Virus record (IMG/VR): IMGVR_UViG_3300033997_000136
Span: 124,001-188,000 of that record
Direction: 5' to 3' (one strand)
DNA length: 64,000 bases
Positions within the stretch are counted from its first letter, which is position 1. Each line of letters starts with the position of its first letter. Shown in pieces: positions 35,505 to 45,308 of this stretch. The notes under the pieces were generated by a model. That model worked only from the letters and a program-made list of their open reading frames with translations, searched no databases and had not been told where the DNA came from. Both the position numbers and the translations under genes were made by a program.

Positions 35505-36575
35505 ATGATTAAGATAAGCAAACCTTCAAATTCACTTCCAAGTGATGGTGGTAAATTAGCACCAACTATGGCGAGCACGGGTCCTAAAGATAAGTTAGAA
35601 ACAAAAGACATTTATAATGCGGAATACGTTGAGCAGGCTGCTTCTGTTGCGAAATCTGCATTAGGGTTAGATTCACTATTACCACAACAAGATAAGAACG
35701 CAGCGTACAGTGTAGGTGGTTTTGCTGTCAGTGATATCTTAAACAGTGCAGTCACTGTAGGGACTGAAGTTTATTCAGGAACTGGCAATGGTTCTGTTAC
35801 AAATCGAATTAAGGATGTAACGGCTGGTGATGCGTACCGACGTTTATCACCTGATATGAAAACTGGGTTATTTAACACGCTATTAAGTAGCACAGGTTTA
35901 GCGGGTTCTGAAGCAACTGTTATTGTAGATGGTGTGAGCACAGCAATAGCCACTGAAGATATTGGTAATGTTACAAACCTCATGAGTCTTGTACAAGGAC
36001 TCACTGGAAGTCTTAGTGGTATCACTTACATGGATATTGGTGCAAAAGTGGCCTATGCTACTGCTGCGCTTGATTTGATTAATCAATTAGGTATTCCATC
36101 GCTTGCTGATAAAATCATCAACAGCATCGATGACAAGCGTGCTCGTGAAGAGATGATGATATCTCGCGCTACTATGTTTGCGCAATCTGCAGATATAGAA
36201 ACATTACGAAAGATTATTGACCTCGTTGGGTTAGATGGTCTTCTAGAACGAGTTCCGCGTCTTATTGAGTTTATTGTTGCTGGGTATTCATTCCCAAATT
36301 TAGAAGAAGGACAAGTCGTTGACTATCCAGCGCAGTACAGTCGACTACATGACTTTATGCAAATGGTTAATCCTAATTGGAACATGACAACTCGAAACAA
36401 TACACCAGTTGTTTCGTTTAAGATTTATTCAATGGGAAGTCCTGATTTTAAAGTGTTGTTTAAACGAGAAGATATTCATGTTGTTCCGTTATTAGCCGCA
36501 GAGCAATACCCTGAAGAATCGTTATCTGGTGTTATTCAAAAACATCACCCCATGATAACACTGTTAAATAATTAA
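35505..36575 (+). CDS. Conserved phiKZ-like virion/baseplate protein
   Basis: LAPT..TGPKDKL..DIY N-terminal motif is recalled from phiKZ-like structural proteins adjacent to gp182-like genes. Confidence 0.55.
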   Translation: MIKISKPSNSLPSDGGKLAPTMASTGPKDKLETKDIYNAEYVEQAASVAKSALGLDSLLPQQDKNAAYSVGGFAVSDILNSAVTVGTEVYSGTGNGSVTNRIKDVTAGDAYRRLSPDMKTGLFNTLLSSTGLAGSEATVIVDGVSTAIATEDIGNVTNLMSLVQGLTGSLSGITYMDIGAKVAYATAALDLINQLGIPSLADKIINSIDDKRAREEMMISRATMFAQSADIETLRKIIDLVGLDGLLERVPRLIEFIVAGYSFPNLEEGQVVDYPAQYSRLHDFMQMVNPNWNMTTRNNTPVVSFKIYSMGSPDFKVLFKREDIHVVPLLAAEQYPEESLSGVIQKHHPMITLLNN

Positions 36576-36580
36576 AAGAC

Positions 36581-36637
36581 ATAGAAGAGACTAGAGAGGG
36601 GAAACCCTCTCTAGTCTTCTTTATTTTTTGTTTATGG
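36581..36637. repeat. 57-bp direct repeat, copy 2 (bidirectional terminator cassette)
   Basis: Identical to 23209-23265. Confidence 0.9.
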
Positions 36638-38581
36638 TCTATCTGTTGAACGAGATAATGCAGAGACAACTTGTCCCGGTACAGTACCGTTCCACACAGC
36701 AGCCCAACGTGCTGGACTTTTCCATTCCTGAAAGGCTTGTATTTTACGAGTCAAGTTAATCTTAACACGTGACCATGATTCGATTTGTTCAACCATGGAC
36801 ATACTACCAAGTACAGCGATGTAATCGTTAAAGGTATTATCGTGGTCAAAGATACCCGGTGAAGCATTGATTGGCATAGCAAGTGACGTAGACAAAGAGG
36901 CTATTTCAAAACTAATATCAATACCCAGTGGTTGTTGCTCGCGAGTCCACCCTACATTACCTACACCGCGTCTAAAGTTAGCATTCTTTAAAAGACCTAA
37001 GCGTGTTTGCGCACGACCTTTGTCATAAAGTTCTAACAAGAACGGAGAGTCGTATGCTGCCTTACCTACACTCTTTGGGAGTGCAAGAGCTAACACACAT
37101 GAGACGGGTAACCACAAGTTTAACACACGACTTAACGGGTCACCTGACCATGAACGACATTCCATGGTGTATGACATCGTTGGTAGCTGTGCAAACGAAT
37201 CAGCCCACATCTCTGGAATATCCACAAACGCAGCACCTGCTAACGCACGTAATCCAGATACGTTGAATGAATCCATCACACCAAAGGCAAAGTCTTTTAC
37301 ACTGTTGACACTGGCTTCTAACGTGGATGCAACTGGACCATCACCAATGTTACCCCCTGACAAGTCAAACATCTTACTACGCATATCCGCAGATGTACCA
37401 TTGATACTTTGCTTTAACGCAGACTCTTGACTTGTACTTCCAAACGATTCATCTGCAGTCCCTGTATGGTTTACTCGAAGTGTTAAGAACTGACCACCAT
37501 CCCGAGCTTCTGCAATCGCAAAGTCAACAAAGCTACTAAACCATGAACCTGCTTTTTCCACAGGGTCAGTGACTGAGTAATCTGGTTTAGCTGCATCGGT
37601 TTTCTCCCATGCTGCAAGATAAGCATCAAGTGATGCTTTACCACCAAACGCACCACCTGGGTCAGTGACTTTCTCTTTTGCGTATTCTGCCATTTTACCA
37701 CGAAGGTCAGCGAGTGAACCACCGGTAGATGCAGCTTCTATTGCACGACGACGAGATACGTCTGCCATACGTTGTGCTCGGTTCGATAAAGCATACGCAT
37801 CGATACCACCACCGGGTTGGAAGATGTCTGGGAAATACTTGTGATAGATAGCTAAATCACCAGACGTTGGGTTGGAACTTGGGTCTGGGTTTAAGTTACC
37901 TGAGTTGTATGTTTTTACTTTATCATCAAGTTTCTGACCTGTAGCTGCGTTAGCATCGGTTGAGAATACCCGAGGAATAAAGCCCATTGTTACCAAGATA
38001 CCGTTTAAGATGGTATTGACCGATTGCCAGTACAAAGGCATCGTTGGTTTTAAATAGTAAAACTGACCTGATGGTTGGTCGGTTAAAAAACGATACGCTT
38101 GTCCAATTAAAATAATAGGTGCTAGTGGTAATGTCACTACAAAACCAGTGGCACGACCTAGGTAATAGAAGAACCCAGGTGCTCTACCTGTCTTAGACAG
38201 GATGGCTGCTTTACCATCAAAGAATCCAGTAAAGAACGTAGTGATTGAGTTAAATTGCGCAACACCAGCACGAATATGAATCAGTTGACTATTGTCTGCT
38301 ATCGTGGTCGCATACTTACGACCTACCCCATTGGACGTTAAACTCCGTGATTGTACTTGTTGGTCACGAGGTGATGCAAATTTAGAAGACACTCGTAAAT
38401 CAGCAGTACGCGGCAATTGGGGTGGTGGGTTAATTTCAAAGCTACCACCAGGAGATGTATCTGTGAAGCGAAGATTCGCATCAGTAAAAAGACGGTTCCT
38501 TGCATCAAGTAAGTTACCTGCATGTTTAGGTAACAAGAAGGCAGTTTGTGCCCATTTGTCATCGGTGACAGGACGAGCCAT
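36632..38581 (-). CDS. Baseplate/tail structural protein (phiKZ gp182-like)
   Basis: Start refined to ATG 38581 (AGGAG RBS). FTDTSPGGS.EINPPPQ..R.AD, GVAQFNS, IPE.W.DS and YDSPFL.ELYDKGR motifs; directly downstream of the gp181-like gene. Confidence 0.75.
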   Translation of the reverse strand: MARPVTDDKWAQTAFLLPKHAGNLLDARNRLFTDANLRFTDTSPGGSFEINPPPQLPRTADLRVSSKFASPRDQQVQSRSLTSNGVGRKYATTIADNSQLIHIRAGVAQFNSITTFFTGFFDGKAAILSKTGRAPGFFYYLGRATGFVVTLPLAPIILIGQAYRFLTDQPSGQFYYLKPTMPLYWQSVNTILNGILVTMGFIPRVFSTDANAATGQKLDDKVKTYNSGNLNPDPSSNPTSGDLAIYHKYFPDIFQPGGGIDAYALSNRAQRMADVSRRRAIEAASTGGSLADLRGKMAEYAKEKVTDPGGAFGGKASLDAYLAAWEKTDAAKPDYSVTDPVEKAGSWFSSFVDFAIAEARDGGQFLTLRVNHTGTADESFGSTSQESALKQSINGTSADMRSKMFDLSGGNIGDGPVASTLEASVNSVKDFAFGVMDSFNVSGLRALAGAAFVDIPEMWADSFAQLPTMSYTMECRSWSGDPLSRVLNLWLPVSCVLALALPKSVGKAAYDSPFLLELYDKGRAQTRLGLLKNANFRRGVGNVGWTREQQPLGIDISFEIASLSTSLAMPINASPGIFDHDNTFNDYIAVLGSMSMVEQIESWSRVKINLTRKIQAFQEWKSPARWAAVWNGTVPGQVVSALSRSTDRP

Positions 38582-38619
38582 AAAAAACTCCTTTACTAAC
38601 AAACTAACAAAAAGAGAAA

Positions 38620-38639
38620 GGGAGTGGTTACCCACTCCC
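38620..38639 (-). terminator. Terminator hairpin
   Basis: GGGAGTGG-TTAC-CCACTCCC with an A-tract on the left (U-tract on the minus strand). Confidence 0.6.
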
Positions 38640-38645
38640 ATCTCT

Positions 38646-41600
38646 TCATCTATCAAGTGCCAACGTTGTAGGTGGTCTACTTGGTCCACTACTCTTCGGA
38701 GCAGACTCTCGCATCTGTTCGGTTTTACGAACAGTGTTTTGAACTGCTTTATTAACCTGTCCTTCTGGAACAGGTGCAGCATTGCTTACATTCCCTGAAC
38801 GTTTACTAATGGACTCAGCAGCCGCTTCAGGGTCTAACAATAACTCACGAATATCGCGAAGACTTCTATCCATAGACGTCTGTAGCAATACTTGAGTCGT
38901 GAGTATTTCAGCAATGTGTCGCATACTGCTTGTGGTTTGATTGGAACGAGCCGTGTTTGCTGTTTGTGTCTGTACAGACGACATTGCTACACGTTGTTGC
39001 TCTTTCTCAATTTCCCCTTGCAATTGGGAATCACTCATACTGGATGCGTTCATACCAAGTGTCATTGCAGAGAGTGAACCAGCACCTACACCAGGAATCG
39101 GATTCACTGGTGTACTTCCCACCATTTTCACAGAGTCCATCGATTCATTCTCTGGAACTGTAGTTTCTTTTGGTGGTGCCATCATCAGCATCGGTGGAAC
39201 TGTTGCTGCACCTAACGTCCGTGTTTGTGGTGTAAATGATGGTGTAGGTTGTGGTGCATTTAAACTAGGTACACTACGGTTAAACGGATACAACAACGGA
39301 GCAGGTGCTGACGTCATTGATTTGACCGTTTGTTTTTGAGGTGTTGTATTTGCTAACGATTTCTCAGAACCAATCAATGATGTTTTCAATGATTTTTCCA
39401 TGTTCTGTACATCACCAATTCCTTTGGTTAACGTTTGACGTTCCATATCTACAAATGGTGATGTTAATTCGCTATACGCAGATTTTAAATGCGTACTGTC
39501 AGCAACTTTTAAGAAGAACCGTTTCTTGTCTTCTTCAGATAAATCATCATCTAAATCGTCTAAATCAGCTGACTTGTCAATCTGATTCAAAACAGTAAGA
39601 TGTGTTAAGTACACTGGTTTAAAGCGGGTTTCAAACCACTTTGCAAATCTATCAACATGTTGTGCGTTATCTGGTTGGATACCACACGTTTCAATGATGT
39701 CATTTAAATCGTCATCATCTAACCGCGATAAGTTTGCTTGACCTGTGTCTTTATCGTAATACACATAATCCTCTAACGTAGATTCAATAGAGTTGATACG
39801 ACGAACCATATCTCCATCTGTTGAATCAATACCGTATTGCGTTAAACGATACGTATGTAAGTCACCATTAGGTTTCCCATCAAAGTACCGCCACAACGCA
39901 TACCCACCTGCTGCTGTCGCTGCGACTGCTAACCCTGGGAGTAATAGTGGAGATGCAATCACTGCACCAATAGCTGCTGCACCCGTACTGGCTGCCGCTG
40001 CCGCACCACTTGCTAACGCACTTCCAGCAGTGACTGCCAACGGAGCTGCTGCTAACGCAAGACGACCTGCTCCCGCAGCTAAACCTCCAGCACCTCTGGC
40101 TAAACTACCCGCACCTCGCGCTAAGCTTCCAGCTCCGCGTTTAAGTGCTCCACCTGCACGTCGTATTCTACCCGGTTTCTTTTGTGGAGTAGTAGGACTT
40201 GTTGTTGGTCCGCGATTACGTCCGTCCATATCGATATCAATCTCAGGAACAAATCCGTCACCACCACCGCCAAACATATCACCCAATCCACCCAATATAC
40301 CTTTCCCTTCACCCAATCCAAACAATGCAGCTAAACCACCCCCTAATTTCCCTAGAAGTGATTTTGACTTATCATGTCCTTTATGGTCTTTCATTTTACG
40401 ACGCGCTTCATCGTCTTCGTTTTTCCGTTTGCTAAAGATATCTTGCCAACTTCCTTTACGAATTCGATTTGGTTTTGGGATACGGTCATTTAACAATGCA
40501 TAGATTTTATTCAATACATCATTTGACTTTCCAACACCAGTGGCAGTTTGTTGTTCAAACTGAGCTTCCACAGACGCTTCAGGAGGCAAACCAAGTGCAC
40601 CCCGTACTGCACGCTTCCCTATTCGGAATCCGCCACCTAAGACCGTTCCAGCGGCTTTAAACGCAGTTGAATAGACAGACTTCACTAACCCCACAGTTTT
40701 TGTTGCAGCAGACTTCAAGAAACCACCTAGGGCTTTAAATTTACGACCATCGGGTCCAATCAACCCTTTCTTTAAATCTTCCACACTAATCACTACATTT
40801 CCTTCATTGTCAATAACCTCACCTTTAATGTCTCGGATGGTTTTAATGACATCTCCAGAAACTTTATCTCTGTAAAGACCTCGTTCCATAAGTATCTTTA
40901 AAAGACGTGGTGTCTCTTCACCTTTTACGTAGACATCGGTTGGTCGATTAACAACACCAAATATGCGCTCTTTTGCAAACGTAAACACACTACGTCCTGC
41001 TTTAAACAACGCACCGTATCCTGTCGCAGCAAAACGCCCATAGGCAAATGCAGCACTTCGAATACCCTGTCCTATTTTCACACCAATCGGCTCACCCGTT
41101 GGTGCAATCAATCTATTCTGTTCAATGTCCTCTAGTTTAATAACCAGATTACCTTCTTTGTCGTAGACTGGACCTTTGATATCGTCAAATGAATGAATAG
41201 GTTTACCATCAGCATCAACAAACTCACCTTCCTTTAATTGCTTAGCTGTAATAACTGGTTCCTGTTCACCTTTTAGATAAATATCGCTGACTGCTCGTGA
41301 TTTACCTAATAATCCTAAACCAATGTTACGGGCACCACTTAAACCAGCACCTGCGGCTTTTACACCTAACTTAGCACTGAGTAATGCACCTTTGCCTGCA
41401 AGTTTAAATGTTGCTGCATACGCTTTCCCTGTGAATCTCAAAAGACCCATGGTTCCACGTTTTGCAAGACCTACACCTTTACCCGCTAATTCACCTGCTG
41501 CACCAAAGTTTCTACGAACAAACCCTGATTCATTGGCTGCAAGTGCACCACCCACACCAGCTACACCGCCTGCTAAAATAGCTTGTGTGTTTTCGGCTGT

Positions 41601-44600
41601 GGCTTCTTTTAAGTATGTAACTTCCTCACGAAGTGCTTCAAGTGCTTGAGTTAATGTATCAGTCGGTGGAGTTGTACCTCCTAGTGAAGTTCCCACAACA
41701 GGAGCCTCTCCTGTGCGCACACCATCAAACCACGATTTTACAGACTCAAAGCCCTGTAACATAGATGTATGAATACTGTTTGCTTTCGCTGCAGCATCAA
41801 ATTCACCCAGTTGACTTTTTATCCGTTCTATCAACGATGCTTTTACAAGCTGTTCATCATTAGACGCTTCTTTGTTTGGGTCTACACCAAAGAGTTCTTT
41901 TAACCGAACACCAATCTGGGTATCTTCAAACTTACCGCGTTGTGATTTTAACTCTTCTAACACTCTATCAATTTCAGACACAAAAGAATCTGACAATTGA
42001 TTAAACGACACACTGTCATCACCAGATATACGTTTGTATTGTGCATCAAACGAATCGCGTAACGTTAGTGCTTGGTCATCCAATTTACGCCACAGTTCAT
42101 CCTTTAATTCAATGATGTTTTGTTTTGAAGACTGTACACTAAAATCACCTTTCTCATCTTTAAATGTTCCGGTAAGTTTAGACCACTTATCTTCAATACC
42201 AGCACGTGTATCGCGTGCAATTCCTTCAACAAACATCGCTGTTCCATGTTCCTTACCAAACACGCTGATAAGGGACTGAAGTTCTTTTTCCTTTTCCTTT
42301 AACGAATCAGGTAATTCAAACTTAGGAAGTTTGTCTTTAAATTCATTGAACATTCCTTTTACAGAATCTAACTTCTCATCAAGAGCATAGTCTTTTCTGA
42401 GCGAATCAAACTTGTTTGTCAAGTCAAATTTATCGTCAGCTTTGGCGTACCATGTTGAAAGTGTTGAACCAATTGAATCTTTTACTTGAGACCCTTTTGA
42501 TTGAATCACATCCAGTGCATTGTATCCATTGCGTTTTGCATCATCCAAAATTAATTCAGCAGCGGCTTTAGGACCGTATGCATCTACTAATTCTTTATAC
42601 ACAGTAATCTTTTCAGTTATCTGTGTAGTGACACTACCGACTTTCTCTTTCACTTGAGTAGGCACATACTCTTGCACTTTACTCACACCTGATGCAAGTG
42701 CTGATTTTCCTTTTCGCATGGCGTCGTCAGCTAAAAGCTCTAACGCACCTTGATGACCATAGTCCTTTGCTAACTCGTCATATAACGCTTTCTGCTCTTT
42801 TGTAAAAGCAGCAAGATTGTCAAACTGTTTGGTCATTGCATCTTTGATTGTTGTCACCTGCGATGATAGTGTTGACATCACAGATGGACCACCATCTGGT
42901 CCTGGCGGTGGGCTTTGTGGTCCTGACCCCGGTCCTGTTGGTGGTGTAGGTGGAGGTTTACCCCATCCATTTAAAATGGTGTAGATTTCTTCTAACCACA
43001 AATTAGACATGTCCACACGACCAGATAACCCCTCTACACCTTCTAGGTATTGATTGGCAACTGAGAGCTGCATGTTCATACTGTCTAATCGCGACCCTAA
43101 TCCACTTAAATCAAATTGAGATTGATTCACGGGTTGTTGTGGTACAGCATCAAGAGGTTGTTGTCTAGCAGGAACTAACGCACTTGGGCGCGGAGCGTAA
43201 CGTTTGTCATCAATCACATAATCAGAAAATGCTGAGCGATTTAACAACGAACGACCATCTCGCCCTTCGTTCAATATACCAAGGTCCTTTAAAAGACTTG
43301 TTCCATAAAACGGCGTTTGTAGTGCAGCAGCACGTTGTACGTTTGGTACATCCTCAATAATCCGTTTATAGTCATTCGCAAGTTTATTACGAAGTGTTTT
43401 AACGGATGCGTCTTTCTTGACTTTATCACCATCCATAAAACGGGTAGCTATAGCAGAGATAATTTCTTGACGGTACTCTTGTGCCACATTGTCCAACCGG
43501 TCTGGTTGTAAATAGCGGTCTAATGAGAAACCATATCCCTGCGCCATATCGCTGATAAACTGTTTCCCTAATTCACTGCGTGCTTTAGGAGATAACAATG
43601 TACCTGATGGGTCTAATTGGTCAATCAGCGCATTAATGCTTTCACGAACATTCTTCAGTTTTTCAGCAGGAAGAATCTCTTCCATGATGTCAGCTTTTAC
43701 TACGTCTGAGCGAGTAAACTCGTCACGGTTAAAGTTGAACTGAAGTTTCTTAACCGTATCATCGCCAGTTAACATCCGTTCATTCACATGAAGGATTTCA
43801 GTTAAAAGACCAGGAATGATTTGTGTGATTGCTTTATCTGCTAATGCATTGTACGTGAAGTTCTCTTCAAGTAACTTTTCTTTACTAAGACCTACCGTGT
43901 CAACGCGCTTCATTTGAGGTGCAACTTCAAGCAAGGTATCCGCAATTACACCCAATGCTTTGTTTGCAACACTTCCTGTGTTGCGTTTAAACTTCTCAGC
44001 AATGCTTCGTTCAATTGGACGACCATCTTCGTCTACGTCATCCTCAGCGGTTGTGATGCCAATGCTTCTGTCGCCGTATTTACCCGATAGCTGTTCAAGC
44101 TTTTCGCGTATTAACGTAGGTGCGTTCTTAACCGCATATTCAGCATCAGCGCCGACGCCCATGATACTGTTGTTTCCAGTAGTCAAAGGTCGAATAAACT
44201 TAGCTAATATTTCACCTGTTTTTTGCGTAAGAAAACCACCAGCTACACTGCCTACAGTTTCTTTTGCGTCAACACCACTTTCACCGGCTAATTCAATAGC
44301 ATCTGCAACATCTGTTACGTTGCTTGCAAATCCTTTTGCTTTTTCACCCACTGCTTTTAAGATGTTTTTCTTAAAGTTAGGAAGGTAGTCGTTTAAAAAT
44401 TCAGCCGCATCTTGTTGCAAATCACCGATGATACGTTCACGCAACATCATCGCAGACGTTTCTCCTAAACGCATCTTCACAAAGTCAGGCAATCCTGTAT
44501 TCTTTGTAATAGAAGCAAGAGCGTCTTTAGCGATAACTTTGTAGTCTTTAAATTCAGACAACAAGTCTTGTTGAGTAAACAATGAACGGTATTGAAGTTC

Positions 44601-45254
44601 AAGATGTTTACGTTGATAACCTGTTAACACCGTGTTTTGGAATGCAACTACTTTTTCACCAGAACGACGAATTACATCCAATAAACCAATTGTGTTATGA
44701 TGACGTTTATCTTCAATAACCTCTGCGGCAAGATCACGTTGTTCTTGGTCACTTGCAAGGTATTGTTGATGTTCCATTTGGGTTTTGAAGATGTCATTTA
44801 ACTGACTGTCAATTTCCATTTGCTGCCAATCCATTTTAGCAGCATCAACATCATCCGTACTTTCTGAAAACGATTTTAAACGTTTGCTGATACCCTCCGG
44901 TAAAATACTATCTACAGCAGGGAGTAATCGTTTGGTTATTTTCCGAAAAGCGCGACGGGCTGGCGCAAGCTCCCTCGCTGTCGTATCGTATAGGTCTCGA
45001 CCAAACTCGATGCCGTCAGAGACTCCGTCGTACGCGACGGAGTAACTTTCAGGCAATGATTCTTTTACGAGTTTACGACGAAATTCTGGAGACACTACAG
45101 TGTCTTTTGCACCCTGTACAGCGCCACGTTTAATTGCTTCTACAGGGTTACGGTCTTTCTTTTTACCACCTGAATCTAACTCAGGTAAAAATTCATCACC
45201 GCCAAAGTCAAGATCGTCTAGATCAAAACTATCTAAATCGATATCTTTAGCCAT
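38646..45254 (-). CDS. Large tail (tape measure-like) protein, phiKZ gp181-like
   Basis: 2202 aa; KDRNPV, KHLELQYR, ITKNTGLPDFVK, AITQIIPGLL and RLTQYG..WFETRFKPV motifs; divergent from the vRNAP beta-prime gene as in phiKZ. Confidence 0.85.
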   Translation of the reverse strand: MAKDIDLDSFDLDDLDFGGDEFLPELDSGGKKKDRNPVEAIKRGAVQGAKDTVVSPEFRRKLVKESLPESYSVAYDGVSDGIEFGRDLYDTTARELAPARRAFRKITKRLLPAVDSILPEGISKRLKSFSESTDDVDAAKMDWQQMEIDSQLNDIFKTQMEHQQYLASDQEQRDLAAEVIEDKRHHNTIGLLDVIRRSGEKVVAFQNTVLTGYQRKHLELQYRSLFTQQDLLSEFKDYKVIAKDALASITKNTGLPDFVKMRLGETSAMMLRERIIGDLQQDAAEFLNDYLPNFKKNILKAVGEKAKGFASNVTDVADAIELAGESGVDAKETVGSVAGGFLTQKTGEILAKFIRPLTTGNNSIMGVGADAEYAVKNAPTLIREKLEQLSGKYGDRSIGITTAEDDVDEDGRPIERSIAEKFKRNTGSVANKALGVIADTLLEVAPQMKRVDTVGLSKEKLLEENFTYNALADKAITQIIPGLLTEILHVNERMLTGDDTVKKLQFNFNRDEFTRSDVVKADIMEEILPAEKLKNVRESINALIDQLDPSGTLLSPKARSELGKQFISDMAQGYGFSLDRYLQPDRLDNVAQEYRQEIISAIATRFMDGDKVKKDASVKTLRNKLANDYKRIIEDVPNVQRAAALQTPFYGTSLLKDLGILNEGRDGRSLLNRSAFSDYVIDDKRYAPRPSALVPARQQPLDAVPQQPVNQSQFDLSGLGSRLDSMNMQLSVANQYLEGVEGLSGRVDMSNLWLEEIYTILNGWGKPPPTPPTGPGSGPQSPPPGPDGGPSVMSTLSSQVTTIKDAMTKQFDNLAAFTKEQKALYDELAKDYGHQGALELLADDAMRKGKSALASGVSKVQEYVPTQVKEKVGSVTTQITEKITVYKELVDAYGPKAAAELILDDAKRNGYNALDVIQSKGSQVKDSIGSTLSTWYAKADDKFDLTNKFDSLRKDYALDEKLDSVKGMFNEFKDKLPKFELPDSLKEKEKELQSLISVFGKEHGTAMFVEGIARDTRAGIEDKWSKLTGTFKDEKGDFSVQSSKQNIIELKDELWRKLDDQALTLRDSFDAQYKRISGDDSVSFNQLSDSFVSEIDRVLEELKSQRGKFEDTQIGVRLKELFGVDPNKEASNDEQLVKASLIERIKSQLGEFDAAAKANSIHTSMLQGFESVKSWFDGVRTGEAPVVGTSLGGTTPPTDTLTQALEALREEVTYLKEATAENTQAILAGGVAGVGGALAANESGFVRRNFGAAGELAGKGVGLAKRGTMGLLRFTGKAYAATFKLAGKGALLSAKLGVKAAGAGLSGARNIGLGLLGKSRAVSDIYLKGEQEPVITAKQLKEGEFVDADGKPIHSFDDIKGPVYDKEGNLVIKLEDIEQNRLIAPTGEPIGVKIGQGIRSAAFAYGRFAATGYGALFKAGRSVFTFAKERIFGVVNRPTDVYVKGEETPRLLKILMERGLYRDKVSGDVIKTIRDIKGEVIDNEGNVVISVEDLKKGLIGPDGRKFKALGGFLKSAATKTVGLVKSVYSTAFKAAGTVLGGGFRIGKRAVRGALGLPPEASVEAQFEQQTATGVGKSNDVLNKIYALLNDRIPKPNRIRKGSWQDIFSKRKNEDDEARRKMKDHKGHDKSKSLLGKLGGGLAALFGLGEGKGILGGLGDMFGGGGDGFVPEIDIDMDGRNRGPTTSPTTPQKKPGRIRRAGGALKRGAGSLARGAGSLARGAGGLAAGAGRLALAAAPLAVTAGSALASGAAAAASTGAAAIGAVIASPLLLPGLAVAATAAGGYALWRYFDGKPNGDLHTYRLTQYGIDSTDGDMVRRINSIESTLEDYVYYDKDTGQANLSRLDDDDLNDIIETCGIQPDNAQHVDRFAKWFETRFKPVYLTHLTVLNQIDKSADLDDLDDDLSEEDKKRFFLKVADSTHLKSAYSELTSPFVDMERQTLTKGIGDVQNMEKSLKTSLIGSEKSLANTTPQKQTVKSMTSAPAPLLYPFNRSVPSLNAPQPTPSFTPQTRTLGAATVPPMLMMAPPKETTVPENESMDSVKMVGSTPVNPIPGVGAGSLSAMTLGMNASSMSDSQLQGEIEKEQQRVAMSSVQTQTANTARSNQTTSSMRHIAEILTTQVLLQTSMDRSLRDIRELLLDPEAAAESISKRSGNVSNAAPVPEGQVNKAVQNTVRKTEQMRESAPKSSGPSRPPTTLALDR

Positions 45255-45308
45255 AAAAAGCTCCTGAGGATAGTCTTTGGGTTGTCATAAGAAAAGAGGT
45301 ATTTCACG

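Noticed and set aside
38582-38782. N-terminal extension of the gp182-like ORF in the track
   Set aside because: It overlaps the gp181-like gene end and a terminator; a strong AGGAG RBS supports ATG 38581.
39793-44388. Plus-strand ORFs such as 39793..40503 (236 aa), 41323..41649 and 43960..44388
   Set aside because: Antisense to Gly/Ala-rich parts of the gp181-like gene; low-complexity products with no independent signals.
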